A stretch of DNA of 58,902 bases from a virus (lineage: Duplodnaviria > Caudoviricetes): positions 1 to 58,902 of IMG/VR virus record IMGVR_UViG_3300005096_000055, one strand, 5' to 3'. The notes under the pieces are model-generated. The model worked only from the letters and a program-made list of their open reading frames with translations, was not told the origin of the DNA and did not search any database. Of this stretch, positions 35,804-46,054 are shown in pieces. Position 1 is the stretch's first letter. Every line of letters starts with the position of its first letter. A program made the translations under genes and the position numbers.

Positions 35804-36252
35804 TGCCAAGAACCGTAGTCCTGCTCAACGACCACCTCACAGCCATAGTCACGCGTCTCACATCAACCATGACGGCCCTTGCCTCACCCGTGTACGTTGG
35901 CTATGGCGAACGTCCTGTAAACCCAGCAACGAAGCAGCACTATCCACCACCCTACCTTGTTGTCTCATACCTCCCTGGCGGCACGCTTGATGGCTCTCTC
36001 AGCGATTCACAGGCAGATGTGGCCATCCGGATCCTGATCAACTCGATGGGCAACTCGGCTCAAGAGGCAACCATCGTGCGCGATATCGCCCATGCCGACA
36101 TGATGGATAAGTCAAACTTCACCATCACCAATCGCAAGATCCGCAACCTATCTCTCGAGATCCCCTCTGATGGAACCTACAGAGATGATGATGCACCTAC
36201 ACCGATCTTCTATACTCGTCAGATATACATCCTCGACACCACTCCCACATAG
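35803..36252 (+). CDS. Tail terminator protein
   Basis: VYVGYG..PPY.VV..GG.LDGSL..RDDD..PIFY. Confidence 0.7.
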   Translation: MPRTVVLLNDHLTAIVTRLTSTMTALASPVYVGYGERPVNPATKQHYPPPYLVVSYLPGGTLDGSLSDSQADVAIRILINSMGNSAQEATIVRDIAHADMMDKSNFTITNRKIRNLSLEIPSDGTYRDDDAPTPIFYTRQIYILDTTPT

Positions 36253-36261
36253 GAGGAACCC

Positions 36262-36477
36262 ATGACAGACTTCGTAGCCATGTTCCACGAGGAGCTCGAC
36301 ACTATCTACAAGTGCCCTGAGGCTGCCGTATCCCATTACGAGGATCGTGGCTGGGTTCGTGTAGACTCCGTTGAGCCAGAGTTTCCCGTTGCAAATGATG
36401 ACGGGGAAATTGATTGGGAAGATACGGGTGATGCCGTAGACTCCCAGCAAGAAGCTTCGAACCAGGAGGATGACTGA
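36262..36477 (+). CDS. Small acidic hypothetical protein
   Basis: AGGAGG RBS; AVSHYEDRGW. Confidence 0.7.
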   Translation: MTDFVAMFHEELDTIYKCPEAAVSHYEDRGWVRVDSVEPEFPVANDDGEIDWEDTGDAVDSQQEASNQEDD

Positions 36478-36944
36478 TGTCCAGAACTATTGCCGATGGT
36501 GAAGTCCTTATCAACTTCGCCCCCGCCATTGCCAACACGGCGGCGCCAACCGTTGCGGAACTCGCTGCAGGCACGGATGTGACTCCGTTCCTCTCGACGA
36601 TCGATACCCCGCTTGACGGCGATGCTGTCGATTCGTCTGACCTTGCCTCCGCATTCAACAAGACTGTGGCCGGCACGTACGGTGGAAACATCTCCGCTGA
36701 GATGTACCGCGATGACACCACCGACACTGCATGGACGACCTTTGACCGCAACGTCGAGGGCTACTTCGTCATCCGGCGCTTCGGTGGTTCCGGAACTGCT
36801 TGGGCTGTGGCTGATTCGGCCGAGGTCTATCACGTTCGCATCATCACGAAGTCGCCAGGTACCCTTGATCGGAACAACGTCCAGATGTTCTCGGTTGACG
36901 CTGCCGTCCTCGACGAGCCCGTGCTCACAGCAGTAGTCGCCTAA
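36477..36944 (+). CDS. Major tail protein
   Basis: PAIANTAAPTVAELAAGTDVT..GYFVIRR. Confidence 0.85.
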   Translation: MSRTIADGEVLINFAPAIANTAAPTVAELAAGTDVTPFLSTIDTPLDGDAVDSSDLASAFNKTVAGTYGGNISAEMYRDDTTDTAWTTFDRNVEGYFVIRRFGGSGTAWAVADSAEVYHVRIITKSPGTLDRNNVQMFSVDAAVLDEPVLTAVVA

Positions 36945-36969
36945 GCGACGAAACTCCTGGTACACAAAG

Positions 36970-37008
36970 AGCTACCAGTAGGTTACGATGCCTACTGGTA
37001 GCTTCTTT
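36970..37008 (+). terminator. Rho-independent terminator
   Basis: agctaccagtagg...cctactggtagct-tcttt. Confidence 0.75.
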
Positions 37009-37043
37009 GCGTTGCTACAAGTCACCTACGAAGGGATCGAACC

Positions 37044-37643
37044 ATGGGGCAGAAGTTCACGAGCGATTCACCATCCATCCAAGAGATCATGAGGCTGAAG
37101 AACAAGCACACGGTCTCGATCGACATCCTCTATGATGCAACGCTTGCAGCGCGCATCAAGGATCTCGAGCGCCAGCTTATGATCGAGATGCGCATCGATG
37201 TCAAGGAGAACCGCACCCCCAAGGCCCCGGACATCAAGAAGCAGATCGAAGAGCTCACCGACGAAGCGATCGCCAAGACCGTCAAGTTCACCTTCGAGGA
37301 CCTCGGTCGCAAGCGATTTGAGGATCTCTGGAAAACCTGCCCTCCAACTGATGAGCAGCGCGAGAAGGGCTATGAATGGAACCCCGATGAGTTCGGTCCA
37401 GTCATCATTGCTGCATCGTGCATCAAGGCTGGGTCGTCTGATGGGCTGACCCTCGAGGAAGCCACCGAGATCTACAATGGCTGGTCAACGGCCGAAGCAG
37501 AGATGCTTGTCATGACGGCGGTGAACGCCAACATGGGGGCGACTTCCGTCCCTTTCTCCGGGATCGGTACCGAAGATCCACCAAGTTCAGGATTGAGCTT
37601 GATTACTGCGCCGATCGAGGAATCCCCTACTCCCACTTCATAG
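37044..37643 (+). CDS. Tail assembly chaperone (G)
   Basis: Between major tail and tape measure; slippery C CCT TTC at 37550-37556. Confidence 0.8.
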   Translation: MGQKFTSDSPSIQEIMRLKNKHTVSIDILYDATLAARIKDLERQLMIEMRIDVKENRTPKAPDIKKQIEELTDEAIAKTVKFTFEDLGRKRFEDLWKTCPPTDEQREKGYEWNPDEFGPVIIAASCIKAGSSDGLTLEEATEIYNGWSTAEAEMLVMTAVNANMGATSVPFSGIGTEDPPSSGLSLITAPIEESPTPTS

Positions 37644-37960
37644 GTGGACCACTCGAGTGGACTGAAGATGATCGATCGATGGTCATGGCTTGGACCATTG
37701 AGAAGTCGCTTCGTTGCCCTGACTGCAACACCTACTACGAGGTATGGGATGAGGACAAGGGTGGCCATCGTCATGCCTACTTCCCTAAGGTCCAGTACTG
37801 CATGGGATGCAAGGCGAAAGAGGATGCGTACTCAGCGATTCGCGAGAACCACAAGGACAATGACAGTGCCACCCATGGGATCCAGATGAACCTCACGCTC
37901 AATGAGGCAGCTCCTGGGTTGCGTTCGCCCCTGAACCACAAACCTATTCAGCACAACTAG
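37550..37960 (+). CDS. Tail assembly chaperone -1 frameshift extension (GT)
   Basis: -1 frame open from the slippery site: FLRDRYRR..ELDYC..GIPYSHF..WTEDDR..AW..CPDC. Confidence 0.75.
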   Translation, partial: PFLRDRYRRSTKFRIELDYCADRGIPYSHFIGGPLEWTEDDRSMVMAWTIEKSLRCPDCNTYYEVWDEDKGGHRHAYFPKVQYCMGCKAKEDAYSAIRENHKDNDSATHGIQMNLTLNEAAPGLRSPLNHKPIQHN

Positions 37961-37985
37961 CCCTTCTTGGGCTATCCTGTGCCCA

Positions 37986-40976
37986 ATGGCTGACAAAACT
38001 GTAGTAGTTCGATATATAGCGCGCGGTGCAAGCCAGGTTGGCGCTCAGGCACTTGCTGTTGCTCGATCTCACACTACAGCGGCTCAACAGATGGCTCGAG
38101 CCGGTGAACAGGTTGCCGCAAAGTCACGTTCCATAGCTGGCGTTGCTGCATTCGCCGGCAAGGCTGTTCTTGTCGGCCTTGGTGCTGCATTTGCCGTCTC
38201 AGCCAAGGCAGCTATCGACTTCGAATCTGCAATGGCCGGTGTCTACAAGACCCTTGGTGACACAGCCACCGATCAACAGATCGTTGCCCTCGGTGATGCC
38301 CTTCGCGACATGTCGCTTGTCACTCCCGTCAACGTCAATGACCTGGCTGAGATCGCTGAGCTCGGTGGTCAGCTTGGTGTTGGCATCCAGGACATGGAGA
38401 AGTTCGTCAAGACCATTGCTGCGCTTGACGTCTCAACCAACCTGAACTTCGATGATGCAGCAAAGGGGCTTGCACGGTTCTCGAACATCCTCCAGCTCCC
38501 CATCTCGGACGTAGACAAGCTCGGTAACGTCATCGTGGACCTGGGTAACAACCTGGCTACGACCGAATCCGAGATCCTCACGTTCGCCCTTCGCCTTGCA
38601 CCTATTGGCAAGACCATTGGAGCAACCGAAGAGCAGATCCTCGGCATCTCAGCAGCCTTCTCGTCTCTTGGTATACCTGCCGAGCGTGGCGCCACTGCAC
38701 TCCAGCGTTCGTTCCTTGACATCGAGAAGGCAGTCGACTCCGGTGGTCCCAAGCTGCTCAAGTTCGCTCAAGCTGCCGGCATGTCTACTGAGGAATTCAT
38801 CAAGCTCGATGCCATCGGCCGCTTCACTGCATTCACCGAGGGCCTTCGTCGCATCCAGGACGAGGGTGGATCGGCCCTCACGACGCTCAAGAACCTCAAG
38901 ATCAACCAGCAGCGCACGATCCAGGTCCTCCTTGCTGCTGCCGGCGCTGGTGACTTGCTCTCCCTCTCACTCGAGCGGGCAAACACTGCTGGTGACAATG
39001 GCAATGCAATGTGGGAAGAAGCTGCCAGGCGTTATGGGACAACTGAGTCACAGATCCGCCTGATGGCCAATGCATTCAACGACCTGCGCATTGAGCTTGG
39101 CGCCGGGATGATCCCATTCATCAGGGAGATACTTGGTTGGATGAAGGACCTCTTCATGTCAATGAAGGACAATGCCGACACGATCAAGGTATTCGCCAAG
39201 GCACTTCTCTTGATCGTCGGAGCCAAGGGTCTTCTTGGCCTGGGCGTCTCGATATTCAAGGCCGTAGATGCATTGAAAGCAATGAAAGCTGCATGGGCCT
39301 CATCGATGCTCATGGGTGGCGGCATCACGCGTCAGCTTACTGGCGTCTCAACGGCCCTTGGTGGGCTAGTAGGCGTACTCGGCGTGGCAGTGATTGCCTT
39401 CACTGCATACACAGCATGGCAGGCACGCTCGGCACGCAAGGCTCGCATCCTCAGGGAACAGGTTGAAGGGCTCAATGATGCGATCGATGCTGGGTCGTCA
39501 GTCGAATCAACCCTTGCTGACTTCATTGGTGAGTCCTTGGGTGAAAGTGACAAGTTGCTCGAGTTCTTCCGCTTTGCAGGGATTGGAACGCGTGAGCTTG
39601 CAGTTGCAGTGAGTGACCTCGATGGAACGGGCATGGAGGACCTCATTGCACGGATGGTTGAGTACAAGAGTGCAACCGAAGATGCGTTCTTCGAGACGGA
39701 CACCATCACAGAAGAACAGATGAAGAGCACCAGGATGCTGGGTCAGGCGATCTCCTTTGTTGGTGACATGAGGGTCATTGCAACCGAACGGCAGATCGAC
39801 GCTGACAGGCGCCTCACCGATGAGCTGCTGAACCAAGATGCAGCAACACAGCGACTCATTGCTCAGGCACGCCAGCTCTTCAAGGCCTACGAGGCACCAA
39901 AGCGGAAGATCTCATTCCTTGATGCTGTGTATGGAGGATCCAAGGAAGCTGTGAAGGCATGGGAGGATTTCGTCAAGGACTCCGACGAAGCCCTTGACCA
40001 GTACGGCAAGAACGTCATCGATGCATTTGACAATGCGCGCGATGCGATCACGAGCGGAATGGGTGCTTGGGACGAGTACAGCGGTGCCGTGAAACTGAAC
40101 CTGACAAAGGCACGCAAGGCCATGAAGCTGCGCCTCAAGGATGCTGTTGAGTGGAACGAAACGCTCAAGACACTCATTGCATCCGGTGCAACATCTGAGA
40201 CCATCACATTTTTTGAGAACTACTCCCTCGAGGAGAAGGCTGCCCTCACATCACTGCTCAAGGAAAGTCCAGAAGAGTTCTTCAAGTATGTCGGCCAGTG
40301 GGAAGATTTCATCGACGACATCAACTCAACCGTAGAAGACAACCTCAGGATACGCGGGATCTTCAAGCAGAAGATGGATGAGTTCGTGATCGAGATGATT
40401 GCTGGTGCTCGCAAGCTTGAGGATACGGGTACAAGTGCTTGGGAGGGGTTCGTTACCCAGACATTCGAGGAACTCGCCAAGCTTCCTATCGGCGGGAAGA
40501 AGCTGATGATCGAGACGATACGCGCCATGGGTGACTCGGGTGTGCTGGCCGATATGTTCGGTGTTGGGCAGAACGTCATCGATGCCCTCATCAAGGGCAT
40601 GATTGCTATGCGCGGACCGCTGATAGGTGCCATGGGTGGTCTTGCCGATGTGACGATGACAACAGCTAACGGGAAATTCGAGATCACTTCCCCATCCAAG
40701 GTCTTCATGGGCATCGGTGAGAACGTCACCAAGGGCCTGATGCTCGGCATGGAGAAGGGTATGAACCTCGACCAGTATGACAACTTCATTGGCGGGTTCA
40801 GAAAGTCGGCTTTCGGTGGCGGCAATGGCGCTCCAACCACAGTCAACAACTCGAGCTCGCAAGCAACGACAGTGGTTGTCCAGGATGCGAACTATCGTGA
40901 CCTACGTTCAGACATCTCAGCCGGCTTGATCGCTGGTGGGGTGAACCGTCAAGTAGAGGTGTTGGTGAAACGATGA
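37986..40976 (+). CDS. Tape measure protein (TP901-like)
   Basis: 996 aa; AAIDFESAMAGV.K, LAEIAELGGQLG, ITSPSKVF. Confidence 0.93.
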   Translation: MADKTVVVRYIARGASQVGAQALAVARSHTTAAQQMARAGEQVAAKSRSIAGVAAFAGKAVLVGLGAAFAVSAKAAIDFESAMAGVYKTLGDTATDQQIVALGDALRDMSLVTPVNVNDLAEIAELGGQLGVGIQDMEKFVKTIAALDVSTNLNFDDAAKGLARFSNILQLPISDVDKLGNVIVDLGNNLATTESEILTFALRLAPIGKTIGATEEQILGISAAFSSLGIPAERGATALQRSFLDIEKAVDSGGPKLLKFAQAAGMSTEEFIKLDAIGRFTAFTEGLRRIQDEGGSALTTLKNLKINQQRTIQVLLAAAGAGDLLSLSLERANTAGDNGNAMWEEAARRYGTTESQIRLMANAFNDLRIELGAGMIPFIREILGWMKDLFMSMKDNADTIKVFAKALLLIVGAKGLLGLGVSIFKAVDALKAMKAAWASSMLMGGGITRQLTGVSTALGGLVGVLGVAVIAFTAYTAWQARSARKARILREQVEGLNDAIDAGSSVESTLADFIGESLGESDKLLEFFRFAGIGTRELAVAVSDLDGTGMEDLIARMVEYKSATEDAFFETDTITEEQMKSTRMLGQAISFVGDMRVIATERQIDADRRLTDELLNQDAATQRLIAQARQLFKAYEAPKRKISFLDAVYGGSKEAVKAWEDFVKDSDEALDQYGKNVIDAFDNARDAITSGMGAWDEYSGAVKLNLTKARKAMKLRLKDAVEWNETLKTLIASGATSETITFFENYSLEEKAALTSLLKESPEEFFKYVGQWEDFIDDINSTVEDNLRIRGIFKQKMDEFVIEMIAGARKLEDTGTSAWEGFVTQTFEELAKLPIGGKKLMIETIRAMGDSGVLADMFGVGQNVIDALIKGMIAMRGPLIGAMGGLADVTMTTANGKFEITSPSKVFMGIGENVTKGLMLGMEKGMNLDQYDNFIGGFRKSAFGGGNGAPTTVNNSSSQATTVVVQDANYRDLRSDISAGLIAGGVNRQVEVLVKR

Positions 40977-41767
40977 GCTGGGATGTTGCCTACAAAGCTG
41001 GACCACCAGGAGGTGCGCTCTCCACCATCCTGGACTACGCCACCATGGTGCGCATCACCAATGAGTGGTCACTTGGGTACCGCGGGTCCGATCCCATGTC
41101 ACAGTACAAGCATGGGGAAGAGTCCTCACCACGCAAGTTCATGCCATCAGCGAACTTCAACATCGAATGCACACTGCGCGACACCAACGCTGCAGGGCTC
41201 ATCGTTCATGCTGACGGAGCCCCTGGCCATCGCCTTGAGAACTTCTCAACCCTCAAGCAGCTATTCGCCGGCACGCAAGGCAAACTCGTCCGCATTGAGC
41301 GCACCATGCCTGATACCGGCACCACCTACATCGATTGCTGGCAAGTTGGCGTTGCAATGCCAACACAGAACCGCATGACATACTCGTGGCCGATGCGCGC
41401 GCCGAGACCGTTCTGGATAGGAGCAGCCGACCTCCTCAATGCAACACCGGTCTTCACCATTGCAGGTGATGCACCGATCGATGATGCAGTCCTTGACTTC
41501 ACTGGTGGCTCAACCGACTCGCGCCTCACTCACAGCCCAACAGGTGATTGGATCGAAATCGCCGGCGTGCTCCCTGCTGGTGGTGTGCGTGTTGATATCG
41601 GAGCCGGTACCTGTGTCAAGATCACAGGCGGTGCGGACTACTCGAACAACCTACGCGTGTTGACTCCATGGTGGATGGAGCTTGACCCTGGTGCAAACAG
41701 CGTTGTGGTGAGCCAGTCTGCCGGAGTCGCTGTCGTTACTGCCGACTGGTACACAAAGTGGCGGTGA
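40973..41767 (+). CDS. Distal tail protein
   Basis: Follows TMP; APRPFW..GDAP..W.ELDPGANSV. Confidence 0.7.
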   Translation: MSWDVAYKAGPPGGALSTILDYATMVRITNEWSLGYRGSDPMSQYKHGEESSPRKFMPSANFNIECTLRDTNAAGLIVHADGAPGHRLENFSTLKQLFAGTQGKLVRIERTMPDTGTTYIDCWQVGVAMPTQNRMTYSWPMRAPRPFWIGAADLLNATPVFTIAGDAPIDDAVLDFTGGSTDSRLTHSPTGDWIEIAGVLPAGGVRVDIGAGTCVKITGGADYSNNLRVLTPWWMELDPGANSVVVSQSAGVAVVTADWYTKWR

Positions 41768-41775
41768 TCTGAACC

Positions 41776-43869
41776 ATGACTGCCATCAGATACGAAGTGT
41801 GGACGAGACAGGAGTCCGGTTCGTTCACGCGCAAGTTCCCTATCCGCGGAGAGGTCTCTGCATCATTCCAAACGGACCTGTTCGGGCGTGCGACGCTATC
41901 TCTCCCCGTCAACCATGCACGGCTTGACGACCTGCTCTACATCGACAAGTCCAACCGCGCCCTCGACAACGCATCCGTCATACGCGCCTACATCGGTACC
42001 ACCCCTATCTATGACTTCTACGTTGAATCACTTGACATGAACTTCACCGATACAGGCTCGAGGACAGCGATAGTTGAGGGCGGTAGTCGCGGCACATGCC
42101 TGGATCGAGTGTCAGTCCGGCAGTACGACTGGAACGTGAAGCCTTCTATCGATCCCGATTGGGAGTATGGGGTCGGTGGGAGCAACGGTCTTGTTAACCC
42201 AGGCTTCGAGGATTGGGACTGGAATGGTGACGCAGAATCCGGTGCCATCACGCCGTGGAAAGACACACCGAACGATTCGATATTCGACACACCCGCCGTG
42301 TCCCTCATCGTGCAGTCAACCGATGTGTTCGCAGGGACCTATGCCTTCGAGGTCGACCCGTCAACAGTCCACTCTGGGATGCAATCACCACCGATCAAGG
42401 TTGAAGGCGGTAAGCAGTACGTCTTTACAGCGAAACTGAAGGACCCCGCCGCTTCCGGCGATCGTTACACGATGTACGTCAAGATGGGCGATGGGTCGGT
42501 TCTGAATGTTGGGGCCGCTGTCTGGTCCGGATATGGGATTGCAGAACTCGCAGGCGCAGCATATGAGGCCGGTGCGTCGGACGGTACGTGGCAGAACTTG
42601 ACCTTGACGATCACGTTTGGGTCAGACGTAACGGAGACAACGATTTCGATCATTTACGACGACCATGTTGGTGGTGTCGGCGGGCTGTTCCGTGTCGACA
42701 ACATTACGATCTCTGGACCTGGTATCGGGTTGGATCCATGGGAAGCGGTTGGCTACTTCGATACGTTCGAGTTGAATTCAACGATCAAGCGCAATGGTGC
42801 GAACTCGCTGCAATTGAAGGTCAATGCAGCGTCACCGCTCGGCGGGTCCGGAGTACGTGAGAAAGTCGAAGGCCTGATCATTGGCAAAACCTACACTTGG
42901 GGTGGCTGGTTCCAGCATGACGGGGCAGGAAATGAACCGATTCGCATCGTCGCGAAACGCCCAGCAGGGTCCTATGTTGGGCAGTCACTCACCCAAATCC
43001 CTACGGGCGTCGTCAACTGGACGTTCGCCTATGTCACTTTCGTAGCAGACACAACCGAGCTGTGGCTTGACTTCCGGTACGACGCTGCCGGCGCATCACC
43101 AAACATCTACTTCGAGGATGCATCATTCACGAACAGCCTTCCTGCTGCAACGGTCGGCAAGATACTCAATGACCTTCTCGATGATGCTGGCATCAACCAT
43201 GTAGCCGACAGCCGCACCGCATTGGCATGGTTGTCTCGCACCTTCACCGATACCTTGGATTCCTCCGGCGTTGCCTGGGACCAAGACATCGATATCCGCA
43301 TTCGACGGGGAGTCACTTACCGCTCTGTGATCGAGACCATGGAAGGCATGGGGTACGAGTTCTCCATCGATGTCAATCCGGCTGACGAAACCGATTGGCG
43401 CCTCAATGCCTACAACCCGGGGAACATGGGCACTGACCACTCTGTACTCGATGGTCCAGCAATCCTTTCCCGCCCAGGCTTAATGGCTGCTGGACCATTC
43501 ATCCGTCGCGAGCCCGTCTCAACCTACACCATGGTTGAGGGTGACAACTTCTATTGGGAGGAGTACCGCGACACAGCAATCGAAACGAATTGGGGTGAGC
43601 TCGAGACCTACCTTGGATCCCCTGATTCATTGTCAGGAGTACTGCTCAAGCATGCCACCGAGATCGTTACGTCCGATGCAAGTGAGTCGCTCATCTTGTC
43701 GTTCGCCGGCCACCTTCTCACCCCCGGTATCAACTACGACGTTGGCGACACTATTCGCATCACACTTGGCGACATGTACTACCCTTCATCGAAGTTCAGG
43801 GTTGCAGCAATCTCGGTGAGCGACAATGAGATAGAGCCACAGTTCCAAGTCGAATTCCAACCGGTGTAA
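41776..43869 (+). CDS. Baseplate hub/minor tail protein with inserted carbohydrate-binding-like modules
   Basis: LVNPGFE, VEGGKQYVFTA, FRVDNITI, GKTYTWGGW, YFEDASF. Confidence 0.7.
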   Translation: MTAIRYEVWTRQESGSFTRKFPIRGEVSASFQTDLFGRATLSLPVNHARLDDLLYIDKSNRALDNASVIRAYIGTTPIYDFYVESLDMNFTDTGSRTAIVEGGSRGTCLDRVSVRQYDWNVKPSIDPDWEYGVGGSNGLVNPGFEDWDWNGDAESGAITPWKDTPNDSIFDTPAVSLIVQSTDVFAGTYAFEVDPSTVHSGMQSPPIKVEGGKQYVFTAKLKDPAASGDRYTMYVKMGDGSVLNVGAAVWSGYGIAELAGAAYEAGASDGTWQNLTLTITFGSDVTETTISIIYDDHVGGVGGLFRVDNITISGPGIGLDPWEAVGYFDTFELNSTIKRNGANSLQLKVNAASPLGGSGVREKVEGLIIGKTYTWGGWFQHDGAGNEPIRIVAKRPAGSYVGQSLTQIPTGVVNWTFAYVTFVADTTELWLDFRYDAAGASPNIYFEDASFTNSLPAATVGKILNDLLDDAGINHVADSRTALAWLSRTFTDTLDSSGVAWDQDIDIRIRRGVTYRSVIETMEGMGYEFSIDVNPADETDWRLNAYNPGNMGTDHSVLDGPAILSRPGLMAAGPFIRREPVSTYTMVEGDNFYWEEYRDTAIETNWGELETYLGSPDSLSGVLLKHATEIVTSDASESLILSFAGHLLTPGINYDVGDTIRITLGDMYYPSSKFRVAAISVSDNEIEPQFQVEFQPV

Positions 43870-43879
43870 GCGGGCGCAC

Positions 43880-44368
43880 ATGACAATCAAACGAAGACGA
43901 TACGACAAGGAGTCGTCGCAAGCTGCCGGGTTGGACTACCTGTTGCGGAGAATCGACCGGCTCACTACGGAACCATTGACGAGCGCAAAAGCGACGGGCG
44001 GCTACACGTTTACCGGCCCGATCGAACCGACATTTCTTGTCGCATCGGTTGATGCACGGTCTGCCATACGCGACGTTGCAGACTTCGTATGTGACGGTGT
44101 GAACGACGAGGAAGAAATCCAGTATGCGTTGGACCTTCTCAAATTCACAGGCGGATGTGTCGTGTTGTCCCGCGGCCAGTTCCACATGGGGAACGATGTC
44201 GCTGCCGTCACAATTGTTGTCCATGCAAACGTCGCTCTGGTTGGCCGCGGTGAACATGTGACCCAGTTTGTGTCTGATCCTTTGGCTGCAATGTTCGACT
44301 TCCAAATCACATATACGACGAACTCTAAGCTGGCAGACTTCTCAATCATCGAGGTAGGGTTCGACTGA
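43880..44368 (+). CDS. Tail spike N-terminal part (pectate-lyase-like start)
   Basis: ADFVCDGVNDEEEIQYALD..GG.V.LSRGQF..NVALVGRG. Confidence 0.65.
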   Translation: MTIKRRRYDKESSQAAGLDYLLRRIDRLTTEPLTSAKATGGYTFTGPIEPTFLVASVDARSAIRDVADFVCDGVNDEEEIQYALDLLKFTGGCVVLSRGQFHMGNDVAAVTIVVHANVALVGRGEHVTQFVSDPLAAMFDFQITYTTNSKLADFSIIEVGFD

Positions 44369-45333
44369 TGGCTATCACAGGACTCCCCGTAATCGCACCG
44401 GCATCCGGAATGGCAGGCGTGCTGCATCACATGTCGAACCTCGACGTGACTGCGTTGACGAGCCAAGACGGTGTTTGGTCGTGTCCCGACACCGGGTCGA
44501 CGATAGAGAACGTGTCGGTGACTGGCGGTAATGGTGCAACGAAATACGGGATGCGTGTCGGGGCCACCGTGTCAGCTACGAGAGGCAAATACGCGAACGT
44601 GTCGGTTGCTGCTTCGTCAGGCGACGGACTGTGGCTGACCTATGTCGAAGAATGCCAGTTCGTGAATCTCAGCGTGGACCGGCCGATCAAGCACGGCATC
44701 AACGTCGATTTGGCATCGAACCGCAACCAGTTCGACAATGTGATATTGAACAATCCGTCGAATGCGAACTCGGGGATATCGGATGGTATTCACGTCGCAG
44801 ATGGCGACTCGAATATCTTCGACAATGTGACGTTCGACCCTCTGCTAGTAGCGACACACAAGTCGGCATTCGATTTGTCGGGCGGGGTCGACAACCGTGT
44901 CGGCCAATGTGTGTTGATACCGGGAACAGCAGAGGCATATTTGGAAACTGCTGTAGGGGACAACGACTTTGGCATGGACGTTGTTCGGTTCGTCATCCCG
45001 GGCACCGCTACCGTTGGTACTGGAGTTGAGCGCATTTACGCCGAGGTCGACCGTCAGGTGTTCGCCTGTCGAGTCACTGCGAATACAGCACCAACTGGCG
45101 CTGACCTGATCGTCGATGTGAACAAAGATGCAGTGACGATCTTCACGACTGCAGCGAACCGTCCAAAGATCCTTGCAACAGCGGTATTGGGTGCGTGGGC
45201 ACTACCCGACCGTGTAGCATCCGCTGGTACGAAAGTCGCGAAGGGTTCCTACCTCACCGTTGATCGAGATCAGATAGGTGCCACTGTGGCAGGTGCAGAC
45301 CTGACAGTCGAGATCATGTGGAGGAAAGAATGA
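44368..45333 (+). CDS. Beta-helix tail protein
   Basis: Repeated IENVSV/YANVSV/FVNLSV/FDNV with DG(I/L) turns. Confidence 0.7.
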   Translation: MAITGLPVIAPASGMAGVLHHMSNLDVTALTSQDGVWSCPDTGSTIENVSVTGGNGATKYGMRVGATVSATRGKYANVSVAASSGDGLWLTYVEECQFVNLSVDRPIKHGINVDLASNRNQFDNVILNNPSNANSGISDGIHVADGDSNIFDNVTFDPLLVATHKSAFDLSGGVDNRVGQCVLIPGTAEAYLETAVGDNDFGMDVVRFVIPGTATVGTGVERIYAEVDRQVFACRVTANTAPTGADLIVDVNKDAVTIFTTAANRPKILATAVLGAWALPDRVASAGTKVAKGSYLTVDRDQIGATVAGADLTVEIMWRKE

Positions 45334-45692
45334 CGGCGGATGGATACCTACGGTTTGCAGCGATGGTTGCTGCTGCTGGTGGAGTAGCGTTGGCGCTTCA
45401 TCTCATTTGGCGACACATCCTCATCCCTACATGGGAGTTCATGAAGCATGTAGTGGCGATCACAAGGGCAATCGTTGTATTCATCGAGGCACAACCTACG
45501 CTTATCGATATCGCACATGAGTTCAAACCGAATGACGGTGACTCATTGCGTGACCAGATCGATACTGCCAACATCAGGCTCGGGAACATTGAGGGCCAGA
45601 TGGAGATCCTCATACAAAGACACCTGTGGGATGGTGAAGTAGATCGTGGGCAAGCGACCATAGCCATCGATCAGCAGGATGATGAGGTGTGA
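45330..45692 (+). CDS. Membrane protein (lysis-associated?)
   Basis: N-terminal TM; EFKPNDGDSLRDQI. Confidence 0.65.
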   Translation: MTADGYLRFAAMVAAAGGVALALHLIWRHILIPTWEFMKHVVAITRAIVVFIEAQPTLIDIAHEFKPNDGDSLRDQIDTANIRLGNIEGQMEILIQRHLWDGEVDRGQATIAIDQQDDEV

Positions 45693-45748
45693 ACTGCAGG
45701 GTATTTCCTGTACGATGATTGTTGATCACGACAGAAGGGGCTGGGTGA

Positions 45749-46054
45749 ATGTCCGATTACGCTCGAGAACTACGTCAGATGAACGGAACAAGATTCCCAC
45801 CGAACCCATGCAAGGTACTCCGCATATGGGTTGACGGTGATGAAGAGAAGTACCACGAAGTGCTTGCTGCGATGTTCATGCGCGACGAGCTCACAAACCA
45901 GCTCTATGAGCTCGAACACGTTGCTCGCGTCCTCACCAAGGACCTGGAGCCCACCACCAACATTCGCATCACACGCAACGATGTCTGGAAGCACCGCAAG
46001 GGCCAATGCAATGGCTGCAACATCATGGCAGATAGGGCTGAGAACCAATCGTGA
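45749..46054 (+). CDS. Small putative DNA-binding protein
   Basis: CKV...VARVL..I....VWKHRKGQC. Confidence 0.6.
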   Translation: MSDYARELRQMNGTRFPPNPCKVLRIWVDGDEEKYHEVLAAMFMRDELTNQLYELEHVARVLTKDLEPTTNIRITRNDVWKHRKGQCNGCNIMADRAENQS

